Part shown: one piece after another, positions 10,063 through 19,839 of the stretch
Layout of the letters: every line of letters begins with the position of its first letter
How positions within the stretch are numbered: the first letter of the stretch is position 1
Assembly (NCBI GenBank): GCA_963769025.1
Contig: CAVYKI010000012.1
Location: forward strand, 256,001-320,000
Reading direction: 5' to 3'
DNA: 64,000 nucleotides
From: an uncultured Verrucomicrobiae bacterium
GTDB lineage: Bacteria; Verrucomicrobiota; Verrucomicrobiia; Chthoniobacterales; Chthoniobacteraceae
Program-made: the position numbers and the translations under genes
The notes under the pieces: model-generated
What the model was told of the DNA's origin: nothing
The model's input: only the letters and a program-made list of their open reading frames with translations
Database searches by the model: none

Positions 10063-10713
10063 ATGGCTGAGCCAAGGTCCAACTCCGAAGCGGCGGATCG
10101 GCGTCCGCTCAAGTCACGGTCCTACCGCTGGGTGCAGAGTTTCGCTGCAGCGCTGGTGCGCGCGAAAATCACACCGAACGGCATCTCCATCTTCGGCGTG
10201 CTGCTCGCCATCCTCGCCTTCGCGATCCTCTGGATGATCACGCGCGGCTGGATCGCCGCATGGCTCGGCCTGCTCATCGCCGCCGCCTGCGTGCAAGGCC
10301 GACTCATGTGCAACATGATGGACGGCCTCGTCGCGGTGGAAGGCGGACAAAAATCCAAGGGCGGCGATCTCTTCAACGAAATCCCGGATCGCATCGAGGA
10401 CAGCCTGTTCCTCGCCGGAGCGGGACTGGCGTGCGGACACCTCGCGCTCGGCTGCGTCGCCGCACTGCTCGCCGTCTTCACCGCGTACGTCCGCGCATTT
10501 GCCGCGTCGCTCGGGCAGGGACAGGATTTCAGCGGCCCGCTCGCAAAGCCCCAGCGCATGTTTTTCCTCACCGTCGGACTGCTCGCCGCCGCGACGGGAT
10601 TGCTCTGCAATTTTACCGGCAACATCCTCGCATGGATGCTCGCCTTCATCGCAGCCGGCACCGCGCTCACGGCCGCGCGGCGCATCGTGCGGGCCTACCG
10701 TCGCTCGTCATGA
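10063..10713 (+). CDS. CDP-alcohol phosphatidyltransferase family protein (YnbA-like)
   Basis: ITPNGIS, NMMDGLVAVEGG..S.GGDLFNEIPDRIED (DG..AR-type CDP-OH motif), GPLAKPQR. Confidence 0.88.
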   Translation: MAEPRSNSEAADRRPLKSRSYRWVQSFAAALVRAKITPNGISIFGVLLAILAFAILWMITRGWIAAWLGLLIAAACVQGRLMCNMMDGLVAVEGGQKSKGGDLFNEIPDRIEDSLFLAGAGLACGHLALGCVAALLAVFTAYVRAFAASLGQGQDFSGPLAKPQRMFFLTVGLLAAATGLLCNFTGNILAWMLAFIAAGTALTAARRIVRAYRRSS

Positions 10714-11309
10714 CGGCCTCCTGCATTGCGTGGTGTGCCCGAGTCCTCACCGGCGTGCGCGCGCGCTGGCAGGGCTGCGCGCCCGTCGCCGGGCAGCGCG
10801 TGTATTTTGCAAACCACACGAGCAACCTCGACTTCGTCCTGCTCTGGTCCGCGCTCCCCGGCGAACTGCGCCGCAAGACGCGCCCGGTCGCCGCGCGCGA
10901 CTATTGGAAAGGCGGCGTGCGCGAATGGCTCGCGGGAAGTGTCTTCCGCGCCGTGCTCATCGAGCGGAACATCGTCACGCGCGAAAGCAATCCGCTCACG
11001 CCGATGCTCGACGCGCTGACGGGCGGCGAGTCGCTGATCATTTTCCCCGAAGGCACGCGCAATCCCGACGGCGAGGTGAATCCATTCAAGCCCGGCCTCT
11101 TTCACATCGCGAAGGCGAAGCCCGAAGTCGCGCTCGTCCCCGTCTTCATCGAAAATCTGAACCGCGTCCTGCCCAAGGGTGAAATCCTCCCCGTGCCGAT
11201 GCTCTGCTCCGTCACCTTCGGCGAACCGCTGCGCCTCTCGGAAGGCGAACCCAAGCCGCAATTTCTCACCCGCGCCCGCGACGCCATGCTGAAGCTCCGC
11301 CCGTCATGA
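10710..11309 (+). CDS. Lysophospholipid acyltransferase (PlsC family)
   Basis: ANHTSNLD (HX4D), AARDYW, IFPEGTR; ATGA overlap with previous gene. Confidence 0.92.
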   Translation: MTASCIAWCARVLTGVRARWQGCAPVAGQRVYFANHTSNLDFVLLWSALPGELRRKTRPVAARDYWKGGVREWLAGSVFRAVLIERNIVTRESNPLTPMLDALTGGESLIIFPEGTRNPDGEVNPFKPGLFHIAKAKPEVALVPVFIENLNRVLPKGEILPVPMLCSVTFGEPLRLSEGEPKPQFLTRARDAMLKLRPS

Positions 11310-12247
11310 ACCCGGATCGGGAAACCCTCTGGCTCATCGGCGGCGTGCTCGGGCTGCTCACCATCTCGAGCATCATCGGCGCAGTGCTCTCCATGCGCGT
11401 GAAGAGCGAGAGCGGACGCCGCGTCGTGGACAATCTCAACGCCCGCACGCGCGCATGGTGGCTCATGTGCGCGGTGCTCGGCGGCGCATTCGCGCTGGGG
11501 CGCACCGCGCTCGTCGTCATGTTTGCGATCATGTCGTTTCTCGCGCTGCGGGAATTCATCACGCTCACGCCCACGCGCCGCGCGGACCATCGCTCACTCT
11601 TCTGGTCGTTCTTCATCATCCTGCCGCTGCACTACTGGACGCTCGGCACCGCGTGGTACGGGCTCTTCGTGATCCTCATCCCGGTCTATGCGTTCCTTTT
11701 CATCCCCATGCGAAACGCACTCGCAGGCGACACCGAGCACTTCCTGGAGCGCACCGCGAAGACGCAGTGGGGCCTCATGCTCTGCGTCTATTGCGTGAGC
11801 TACGTCCCCGCGCTGCTCATGCTCGATGTCGCCGGCACGCGGTCTGGAAATGTGCGCCTCATCTTTTTCCTCGTCTGCATCGCCCAGCTTTCCGACGTGC
11901 TGCAATACGTGTGGGGAAAATTGTGCGGCAAGCATCCCGTCGCGCCCAAGCTCAGCCCGAACAAAACCATCGAGGGCCTCATCGGCGGCGGACTCTCCGC
12001 AGTCGGCGTCGGCGCGGCGCTGTGGTGGAGCACGCCGTTCACGCCGCTCCAGGCCGCGGGACTCGCCGCGGTGATCGTCGCGATGGGATTTTTCGGCGGC
12101 CTCGTGATGAGCGCGATCAAGCGCGACCGCGGCGTCAAGGACTACGGCGAACTCATCCCCGGCCACGGCGGCGTGCTGGATCGGATCGATTCGCTCTGCT
12201 TCGCCGCCCCGATGTTCTTCCACATCGTGCGCTGGCTGTGGACGTGA
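11306..12247 (+). CDS. Phosphatidate cytidylyltransferase (YnbB-like)
   Basis: SDVLQYVWGK, SPNKTIEG, SAIKRDRGVKDYG..IPGHGGVLDRIDS. Confidence 0.93.
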   Translation: MNPDRETLWLIGGVLGLLTISSIIGAVLSMRVKSESGRRVVDNLNARTRAWWLMCAVLGGAFALGRTALVVMFAIMSFLALREFITLTPTRRADHRSLFWSFFIILPLHYWTLGTAWYGLFVILIPVYAFLFIPMRNALAGDTEHFLERTAKTQWGLMLCVYCVSYVPALLMLDVAGTRSGNVRLIFFLVCIAQLSDVLQYVWGKLCGKHPVAPKLSPNKTIEGLIGGGLSAVGVGAALWWSTPFTPLQAAGLAAVIVAMGFFGGLVMSAIKRDRGVKDYGELIPGHGGVLDRIDSLCFAAPMFFHIVRWLWT

Positions 12248-12275
12248 CCAAACCTCAACCCACGGAATAGCAACC

Positions 12276-14036
12276 ATGACCCCTGCCGCTCCTGCTCAAA
12301 ATCCCGCCTCCACCGGCACGCGCGCGACCTTCACCGCAGCCGACGGCGAGACGCTGCAATACAAACTCTGGGCACCGCCGGGAAAATTCTCCCGCGCCCT
12401 CGTGCTCCTGCATCGCGGCCACGAACACGCCGACCGATGGGACACCGTGGTGCCGCACCTCACGCTGCCGGACACCGCAATCTTCGCATGGGAAGCACGC
12501 GGCCACGGCCAATCGCCCGGACGCCGCGGCCACGCCCCGGGGTTCATGGCCTACGTGCGCGACCTGGAAACTTTCGCGGATCACATCACCACGACCCACG
12601 GCGTGCCGCGGGAAAAAATGTCCGTCGTCGCGCACAGCGTCGGTGCGGTGGTCGCGGCAGTGTGGGCGCACGACTACGCGCCGGCGCTCGCGGCGCTCGT
12701 GCTTGCGACGCCCGCCTTCGAGGTAAAGCTCTACGTCCCCGGCGCACTCGCCGCCACACGGCTTCTTCTCAAGGTGAAGCCGGATGCCACCATCAAGAGC
12801 TACGTGAACGGAACCTGGCTCACGCGCGACGGCGCGGAACAGCGCGCCTACGACGCGGACAAATCCATTTCCAAGGACATCTCCGCGCGCATCCTCGTCG
12901 AGCTTTTCGACTCCGCCCAGCGCGTGATCGCCGACGCCGCAGTGATGACGCAGCCGCTGCTCCTCTTCTCCGCTGGAGACGACAGCGTGGTGAAGAACAC
13001 CGCGCACGAGAATTTTTTCCTCCGCAGCGGCGCGACGGTGAAGGAGCACATCGCGCTTCCATACGCGCGCCACGCGGTCTTCCACGATCTCTGCCGTGAG
13101 GAGGTGTGCGCCAGCATCCGCAAGTTCATCCAGGCGCAGCCCGACGGCAAACCCGCCTCGTCGCACGGCGACGAGCGCGGCCCGACGAAATACGAATACG
13201 ACACGCTGCGCCAGCCGCTCCCCGCGCTCTCGCTGAAAGGCCTGTTCTTTGCCGTGCAGCGCCTCTCCATGCAGACGATGGGGCAGCTCAGCGAAGGCAT
13301 CAGCATCGGCCTGCGCACCGGATTCGATTCCGGCGAATCGCTCGACTACGTCTATCGCAACGAACCGCGCGGATTCCCCGTGATCGGGCCGCTGATTGAT
13401 CGCGGCTACCTCAACGCCATCGGCTGGCGCGGCATCCGCCAGCGCCGCGAACTCCTGCGCGCCGCGCTCCAGCTTGCCGCTGCGTCCGTGCGCAAGGACG
13501 GACTCCCGCTGCAAGTCGCCGACATCGCCGGCGGCGCGGGACGCTACCTTCTCGATCTGCTCGGCTCACCCGAGGGCGAAGGTTTTTCCGCATTGTGCCG
13601 CGACCGCAGCGAGACCGCGCTCGCATGCGGCCGTGCATCCGCCGATGCGCTCGGCCTCGATGCGCGCATCACGCATGAAAAAGGCGACGCCTTCGATCCC
13701 GCATCCATCGCCACCATTGCGCCGCAGCCCGGCATCGCCGTCGTCTCGGGACTCTACGAACTTTTCCCCGCCAACGATCCGCTCCGCCGCTCGCTCGGCG
13801 CACTGCACGCGCTGCTGCCGCAGAAGGGCTGGCTGCTCTACACCTGCCAGCCGTGGCATCCGCAGGTCGAAATGATCGCGCGCGTGCTCACGAATCGCGA
13901 CGGCCAGCCGTGGATCATGCGCCGCCGCGCGCAGGGCGAAATGGATGCACTCGTGCGCGAAGCCGGCTTCACGAAGGCCGCGCAGTGGACGGACGACTTC
14001 GGCATCTTCACCGTCGCCGCCGCGCGCAAGCTGTGA
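12276..14036 (+). CDS. Bifunctional alpha/beta hydrolase + class I SAM methyltransferase (YnbC-like)
   Basis: LHRGHEH, ARGHGQS, AHSVG nucleophile elbow; GFDSGESLDYVY, DIAGGAGRY, SGLYELF, QPWHPQ, WIMRRR. Confidence 0.9.
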   Translation: MTPAAPAQNPASTGTRATFTAADGETLQYKLWAPPGKFSRALVLLHRGHEHADRWDTVVPHLTLPDTAIFAWEARGHGQSPGRRGHAPGFMAYVRDLETFADHITTTHGVPREKMSVVAHSVGAVVAAVWAHDYAPALAALVLATPAFEVKLYVPGALAATRLLLKVKPDATIKSYVNGTWLTRDGAEQRAYDADKSISKDISARILVELFDSAQRVIADAAVMTQPLLLFSAGDDSVVKNTAHENFFLRSGATVKEHIALPYARHAVFHDLCREEVCASIRKFIQAQPDGKPASSHGDERGPTKYEYDTLRQPLPALSLKGLFFAVQRLSMQTMGQLSEGISIGLRTGFDSGESLDYVYRNEPRGFPVIGPLIDRGYLNAIGWRGIRQRRELLRAALQLAAASVRKDGLPLQVADIAGGAGRYLLDLLGSPEGEGFSALCRDRSETALACGRASADALGLDARITHEKGDAFDPASIATIAPQPGIAVVSGLYELFPANDPLRRSLGALHALLPQKGWLLYTCQPWHPQVEMIARVLTNRDGQPWIMRRRAQGEMDALVREAGFTKAAQWTDDFGIFTVAAARKL

Positions 14037-14885
14037 GCGCCACGCGCGAAGCTGCCCTCACCGATCGCGGATTGCGCTGGCGCGGCCTCGCGTGGCTCGC
14101 GCTCTGCGGCCCGTGGTTCTTCATCGCCTACGGCTTTTGCAATTGGTTCACCGCGCAGCGCGCGCATGTCGGCACATGGTACTGGGAGTGGGAAAAGCAC
14201 GTCCCGTTCGTGCCCGAACTCATCGTGCCGTACTGGTCGCTCGACCTGCTTTTCATCGGCGCATTCGCTGCTCGCGCTGCCCGGCGGTGGATGGCTGTGG
14301 TTAGGCTGGCCCGCAATCGCGCTCGCACTCACGGCACTTGCGTACGCCACCGCAAATCCGCGTTGGCTGCAAAAATGTTCCGGCGCCCCGACACCCGCCG
14401 CCGAGTGGATCCTGCTGCCTGTCATCCTCATCTCACGCCTGTGGCAGATGCGCTGGCTGCGCCGCCAGCCCGCATGGCATGAATTCGCACCCGGCGTCTT
14501 TTTCGGCCGTCTGCTCAGCGACTCCGAAGCGCACGCTTTCCTCTCCACCCATCCGCACCTCGCCGTGATCGATCTCACCTCGGAGAGCAAGGAAGCCACA
14601 CCCTTCCGCGAGCACGCGCGCTACTTCCAAATCCCTGTCCTCGATCTCACAGAACCGGACGCGGAGACATGCCGGCAGGCGTGCGACATCATCCGTGAGC
14701 ACGCGCCGCGCGGCCCCGTCTTCATCCATTGCCTCCTCGGCCTCGGACGCAGCGCGCACATCGCCGCCGCATGGCTCCTCGCCAGCGGGCGTTGCGCCGA
14801 CGCGGAAGCCGCAGCAAAAGCCATCCGCGCGCTCGAACCACTCGCCGCGCTGGATGCCGACGCGCTGCGACGGCTCGGCGAATAA
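14033..14885 (+). pseudogene. YnbD-like PAP2/dual-specificity phosphatase with internal deletion and frameshift near 14267
   Basis: Frame of GTG 14033 gives ...FFIAYGFCNW...WEKHVPF...IVPYWSLDLL; a different frame gives WLGWPA...HCLLGLGRSA (CX5R). The middle PAP2 part is missing. Confidence 0.75.
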
Positions 14886-14956
14886 AAAACAGCCGCCAGA
14901 ATCTGCGCGGGAAAAAACTTCTCGCCACGCACGGAGACGAATGAATCCCATGCGGC

Positions 14957-16345
14957 GTGCTCCCCGTCTCCCCCGCCATCATTCCCCCGCTCGATTCCGG
15001 CTTCGTCCCGGCCGTGCTCTGGAACCGCGAATTCCGCCGCCTGTGCGCCGCCGCATCCGAGCCGCTCGCACTCGCACTGGAACGACCGGATGGCACGGTG
15101 TCGCGCTTCGACACGCGCATCCTCCCGCACACCGGCGCGAACTGCGCGCTGAATTTCCGTTACGTCGAGCGTCTGGTGAAAATGCTGCTCTGGTCGCGCG
15201 GCGGATTCCGGCTGTTCGTCGGCGGAAATGCCGCCGTCGCGGACATGCTGCGCGCGACGTATTCGCCGGATGGCGAAAGGCACTTCGACTGCGATTTCGT
15301 CGGCACGAAAGTTTACGGGCGGCCTTTTGAGATCGTCACTTCGGAACTCGCGGAAGTGCCCGCGGAAAGGGCGGGCGCAATCCCGCTCGGGCGGCATCTC
15401 GACGGCTGCCGGATCGGCTTCGATCTCGGCGGCTCGGATCGGAAGTGCGCCGCAGTGATCGATGGCAAGGTCGTCTTTTCCGAGGAGATCGCGTGGGACC
15501 CATATTTCCAGAGCGACCCGCAGTATCACTACGATGGACTGAACGACACGCTGAAGCGCGCAGCCGCGCATCTGCCCCGCGTGGACGCCATCGGCGGCAG
15601 CGCGGCGGGCCTGTATGTCGCAAACGAAGTGCGCGCGGGTTCGCTTTTCCGCGGCGTGCCGCAGGAAGCTTTCGAGAAACGGATCCGGCGGATTTTTTTC
15701 GATCTCCAGCGGGAGTGGGGCGGCGTGCCGTTCGAGGTCGCGAACGACGGCGAAGTCACGGCGCTCGCAGCATCCATGAGCTTCGGAGAAAATCGCGTGC
15801 TCGGCGTGAGCATGGGCACGAGCGTCGCCGCCGGATACGTGACTGCGGACGGCGGCATGACGCCGTGGATGAACGAACTCGCATTCGCGCCCGTGGACTA
15901 CCGCGAGGATGCGCCGCTGGACGAATGGAGCGGCGACCGCGGCTGTGCAGTGCAGTACTTCTGCCAGCAGGGCGTCGCGCGGCTCGCACCGCTTGCCGGG
16001 CTCACGTTTCCGGCGGAGATGAAATTTGCGGAGCAGCTCGTCGAGGTGCAGCACTTGATGCGCGCAGGCGACGAACGCGCGCGGCGGATCTACGAGACCA
16101 TCGGCATTTGCTTCGGCTACGCCATCGCGCACTATGCGGAGTTTTACGACATCGGCACGCTGCTGATCCTCGGCCGCGTGACGAGCGGCGAAGGCGGCGA
16201 CCTGCTGCTCGCCAAAGCGGGCGAAGTGCTGCGCGTGGAATTCCCGGAACTCGCGGAGCGCATCAAGCTCCGCACGCCCGATGAAAAGGACAAGCGCCAC
16301 GGCCAGGCGGTCGCCGCGGCAAGCTTGCCCGCGCTGCGCAAATAG
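14957..16345 (+). CDS. ROK family sugar kinase-like protein with N-terminal extension
   Basis: IGFDLGGSDRK, ANDGEVTALA, SMGTSVAAG, LILGRVTSG. Confidence 0.85.
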   Translation: MLPVSPAIIPPLDSGFVPAVLWNREFRRLCAAASEPLALALERPDGTVSRFDTRILPHTGANCALNFRYVERLVKMLLWSRGGFRLFVGGNAAVADMLRATYSPDGERHFDCDFVGTKVYGRPFEIVTSELAEVPAERAGAIPLGRHLDGCRIGFDLGGSDRKCAAVIDGKVVFSEEIAWDPYFQSDPQYHYDGLNDTLKRAAAHLPRVDAIGGSAAGLYVANEVRAGSLFRGVPQEAFEKRIRRIFFDLQREWGGVPFEVANDGEVTALAASMSFGENRVLGVSMGTSVAAGYVTADGGMTPWMNELAFAPVDYREDAPLDEWSGDRGCAVQYFCQQGVARLAPLAGLTFPAEMKFAEQLVEVQHLMRAGDERARRIYETIGICFGYAIAHYAEFYDIGTLLILGRVTSGEGGDLLLAKAGEVLRVEFPELAERIKLRTPDEKDKRHGQAVAAASLPALRK

Positions 16346-16363
16346 CGGACGAACACGGTCCCC

Positions 16364-17218
16364 ATGAAGCTCCACCTCCCCACCGCGGACATCTTCATCC
16401 CCGACGGCCGACCCACTGCCGATGCACTCGCGCGCATCACGCATCTCGGGATCGGCGCACATCAGGATGACCTCGAATTCATGGCGTTCCACGGAATCCT
16501 GCAGTGCTTCCACGGCGACACGGAATGGTTCGGCGGCGTGACGTGCACGGATGGAAGCGGCAGCGCGCGCACCGGGCGGTATGCGGACTACACCGACCAG
16601 CAGATGATGGCGGTTCGCAAGGAGGAGCAGCGCCAGGCGGCGATCGTCGGACGCTTCGGCGCGATGGTACAGCTCGACTACCCGAGCGGCATCGCAAAGG
16701 ACGCGTCGGACTCCCGGCTGCGCGAAGACCTGCGCACGATCCTCGCGGCCACGAAGCCGCGCGTCGTGTATACGCACAACCCTGCGGACAAGCACGAGAC
16801 GCACATCGCCGTCGTCGTGCCGGTGATCCACGCGATCCGCGATCTGCCGCGCGACCAGCGCCCGCAGGCCGTGCATGGCTGCGAGGTGTGGCGCGATCTC
16901 GACTGGCTGGGCGACGCTGAGAAAGTCGTCCACGACGTGAGCGGGAACGACAGCCTCGCAGCCGCGCTCAACGGAATTTTCGACAGCCAGATCGCCGGCG
17001 GCAAACGCTACGACCTCGCGGTGATGGGCCGCCGCCGAGCGAACGCCACATTTTTCCAAAGCCACGGCGTGGACCGCAGCGACGGGCTCGCCTTCGCGAT
17101 GGACCTCACGCCACTCGCGCATGACGACTCGCTGGACATCGTGGATTACGTGACCGGGGCGATTGACCGGTTCCGCGCGGATGTCTCCGCAAAACTCCGC
17201 AAACGAATCGGCAAGTAA
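16364..17218 (+). CDS. PIG-L/LmbE family N-acetyl-sugar deacetylase
   Basis: GAHQDDLE (HxDD), RKEEQ, THNPADKHETH. Confidence 0.88.
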   Translation: MKLHLPTADIFIPDGRPTADALARITHLGIGAHQDDLEFMAFHGILQCFHGDTEWFGGVTCTDGSGSARTGRYADYTDQQMMAVRKEEQRQAAIVGRFGAMVQLDYPSGIAKDASDSRLREDLRTILAATKPRVVYTHNPADKHETHIAVVVPVIHAIRDLPRDQRPQAVHGCEVWRDLDWLGDAEKVVHDVSGNDSLAAALNGIFDSQIAGGKRYDLAVMGRRRANATFFQSHGVDRSDGLAFAMDLTPLAHDDSLDIVDYVTGAIDRFRADVSAKLRKRIGK

Positions 17219-17254
17219 CCTCACACCACGGAACGCCGACCATCGCACTCGCAC

Positions 17255-18046
17255 ATGGAAATCATCATCCAACCCACTCCCGAAGCCGCCAGCATCATCG
17301 CGGCGCGCATCATCGCGAAGCTAGTCCGGACAAAGCCGGATTGCGTGCTCGGACTCGCGACGGGCAGCACGCCGCTCGCCACCTACCGCGAACTGGCACG
17401 GATGCATCGCGAGGACGGGCTCGACTTCTCGAAAGTGACCACCTTCAACCTCGACGAATACGTCGGACTGCCGCCGGACCACTCGCACAGCTATCACGCG
17501 TTCATGGATGAGCATTTTTTCCGGCACGTGAATGTGCCGCGTGCAAACATCCACATCCCGGACGGCATGGCGCGCGACGTGCCCGAGGAGTGCGCAAGCT
17601 ACGAGGCGGCGATCGTCGCGGCTGGCGGGATCGATCTGCAATTGCTCGGCATCGGCACGGACGGACACATCGGCTTCAATGAGCCGTCGTCATCGCTCGC
17701 ATCGCGCACACGCATCAAGACGCTCACTGAGCGGACGCGCGCGGACAATGCGCGGTTCTTTGACGGGGATCTCGCACGGGTGCCGTTTCACTGCATCACG
17801 ATGGGCGTCGGGACGATCATGGCTTCCCGCGAAGTGCTCATGCTGGCGTTCGGCGCAAACAAGGCCGCGGCGGTGGCTGCAGCCGTGGAGGGATCCATCA
17901 CCGCCATGAACCCGGCGAGCGTGCTGCAGATGCATCCGGTCGCGAAGTGCATCGTGGACGAGCCCGCTGCGGAAAAGCTCGCACGACGCGATTACTACCG
18001 CTGGGTTTTCAGCCACAAGCCCGAGTGGCAGCGAATCAGCGGTTAG
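17255..18046 (+). CDS. nagB: Glucosamine-6-phosphate deaminase
   Basis: LGLATGSTP, TFNLDEYVGL, GGIDLQLLGIG.DGHIGFNEP, ITMGVGTI, PASVLQMH. Confidence 0.96.
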   Translation: MEIIIQPTPEAASIIAARIIAKLVRTKPDCVLGLATGSTPLATYRELARMHREDGLDFSKVTTFNLDEYVGLPPDHSHSYHAFMDEHFFRHVNVPRANIHIPDGMARDVPEECASYEAAIVAAGGIDLQLLGIGTDGHIGFNEPSSSLASRTRIKTLTERTRADNARFFDGDLARVPFHCITMGVGTIMASREVLMLAFGANKAAAVAAAVEGSITAMNPASVLQMHPVAKCIVDEPAAEKLARRDYYRWVFSHKPEWQRISG

Positions 18047-19820
18047 GCGGCGCGGCAGGCGGATTGGGCGGGGCTGGCGACGGTGGCGCGACCTCGTTGG
18101 GGAATGGGATCGACTTCGCTTTCCCTATGAGGCGGTAACCTTCCGACACGCGCACTTCGATTGAGTGCGTCCGCCCATCGCGGAGCCATTCGGGCAGTTC
18201 GGCGCGGAAGGCAATCGCCCCGTCCCCGTAGCCACGATCGCGGAGGTCGGCGCGTGGAAGTATGCACTGGGCGCGCGCGACCCACGCACCGTCGGCGTAC
18301 ACATCCACGATCGCCGGCACGCCGGCCTTGTCCTTTTGCCACACATAGCCGGAGATGCTGCGGTGGTCCGCTTCCTCGATCATCGCGTCGTACGCCGGCG
18401 GCGGCGGGGGCGTGAGACGCCCGCTGAAGAGCAGCATGCCGAGCGCGATGGCGTGGAAGGTGATGCCGATGTTCAGCGCGCGCCACCAAGGGCCGTCGCC
18501 CCACACCTTCGCCTGCTTGTTCCAGCGCGCGAAAATGTCGTAAGCGCACAGGAGCACGGCGTGGTAGATGCCGTAAACGATGTAGTAGAGGGTGAGGCCG
18601 TGCCAGACACCCATGAGGCCGAAGGTGAGGAAAAGGCCGAGGTAGCTAGCCGTGTATTTTCCCTTGAACCACTTGCCCTTCATCGCGGCGAGCTGGAACC
18701 GCATGTGGATGTGATCGCGGAACCAGAACGAGAGGCTGATGTGCCAGCGCGTCCAGAAATCGCGGATGTTCCGCGCGAGGAACGGGAGGGAGAAATTTTC
18801 CGGCGACTTGATTCCCATCAGCCGCGAGATGCCGACAGCGAAGGCGCTGTAACCCGCGAAATCGAAGAACAGGTAGAAGGTATAGACATACATGTAGCCC
18901 GCATAGCCCCAGAAGCCGGCGACTTTCAGCAACGGCACGCGCAGGTGGGCGTCGATTTCCGCCGCGATGATGAACTTGTAGAGGAACCCGCGCATCACGC
19001 GCTGGATCGCGAAGTCCAGGTCGTCGAGGAACTCAGCGCGCGTCCGGGTCTTCACCCAATCCTGGCCGAAGCGGCGGTACCGATCGATCGGGCCGGACGA
19101 AACGGTCGGAAGAAAAAACAGGAAGGCGAAGAGCTGCCCGGCAGAGAGCGATTTTACGACGCCGTCGCGGATGGAAAATATCACATCCAACGCGCGGAAG
19201 GTGACGTAGCTGATGCCGATGTAGCCAAAGACGTTCTCATGCGAGACGAAAGGAAGGAGCCTGTTCACCGTGAGCGGCAGCAGTGTGAGCAGGAGGGCCA
19301 CGACGAATGTCCGATTGGATTTCCAGCGGAGAAACAGGAACGGCACGCAGACCTGCCACGCCGCGCAGAGCAGAAAAAGATAGAGCGGCGAAAACTCGGT
19401 ACCGGTCGCCGTGGCATTCCACGGGCGGATCAGCGTCGCATCGCCAACCGCCGGCAGGTGCATACCCCCGAGGCGGAGAACGATGTTGTCGTGCTGCGCG
19501 AAGATGAGCGCGAGCATCGGAAGAGCGATGATGAAGCACCACCGGGCGCTCGAGTTTGCGAATGTGGCCACCAGGAGCAAAAAGAGCGGGAACGGCCAGG
19601 TCGCCCTCAACTCGTGCAAAAACTGAGTGAACGGTCCCAAGTCATTGATCGGGAACATCACCGCACTTGCCACGTTGATGACAAACGGAACACCGAGGAC
19701 GGCACATGCCATTATGGCGATGCGCCACAGGCGGGTCGGCGCGATGCCGATCACGACGATCGGCAGGACCACGTAGAGCAGCAGCAGGCCGAAGAACGTC
19801 CAGTTGGCAAATGGCGTCAT
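18036..19820 (-). CDS. dltB: DltB-type MBOAT D-alanyl transferase with extra N-terminal TM region and C-terminal soluble domain
   Basis: GISYVTFR, SSGPIDRY, LFFDFAGYS, FWTRWHISLSFWFRD, LMGVWHG (catalytic His); dlt operon context. Confidence 0.9.
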   Translation of the reverse strand: MTPFANWTFFGLLLLYVVLPIVVIGIAPTRLWRIAIMACAVLGVPFVINVASAVMFPINDLGPFTQFLHELRATWPFPLFLLLVATFANSSARWCFIIALPMLALIFAQHDNIVLRLGGMHLPAVGDATLIRPWNATATGTEFSPLYLFLLCAAWQVCVPFLFLRWKSNRTFVVALLLTLLPLTVNRLLPFVSHENVFGYIGISYVTFRALDVIFSIRDGVVKSLSAGQLFAFLFFLPTVSSGPIDRYRRFGQDWVKTRTRAEFLDDLDFAIQRVMRGFLYKFIIAAEIDAHLRVPLLKVAGFWGYAGYMYVYTFYLFFDFAGYSAFAVGISRLMGIKSPENFSLPFLARNIRDFWTRWHISLSFWFRDHIHMRFQLAAMKGKWFKGKYTASYLGLFLTFGLMGVWHGLTLYYIVYGIYHAVLLCAYDIFARWNKQAKVWGDGPWWRALNIGITFHAIALGMLLFSGRLTPPPPPAYDAMIEEADHRSISGYVWQKDKAGVPAIVDVYADGAWVARAQCILPRADLRDRGYGDGAIAFRAELPEWLRDGRTHSIEVRVSEGYRLIGKAKSIPFPNEVAPPSPAPPNPPAAPPNR

Positions 19821-19839
19821 CGGAAATTCACCACCACGG

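Noticed and set aside
14621..17272. 883-aa minus-strand ORF and similar long overlapping ORFs throughout
   Set aside because: High-GC shadow frames opposite well-supported genes; Arg/Ala-rich with no motifs
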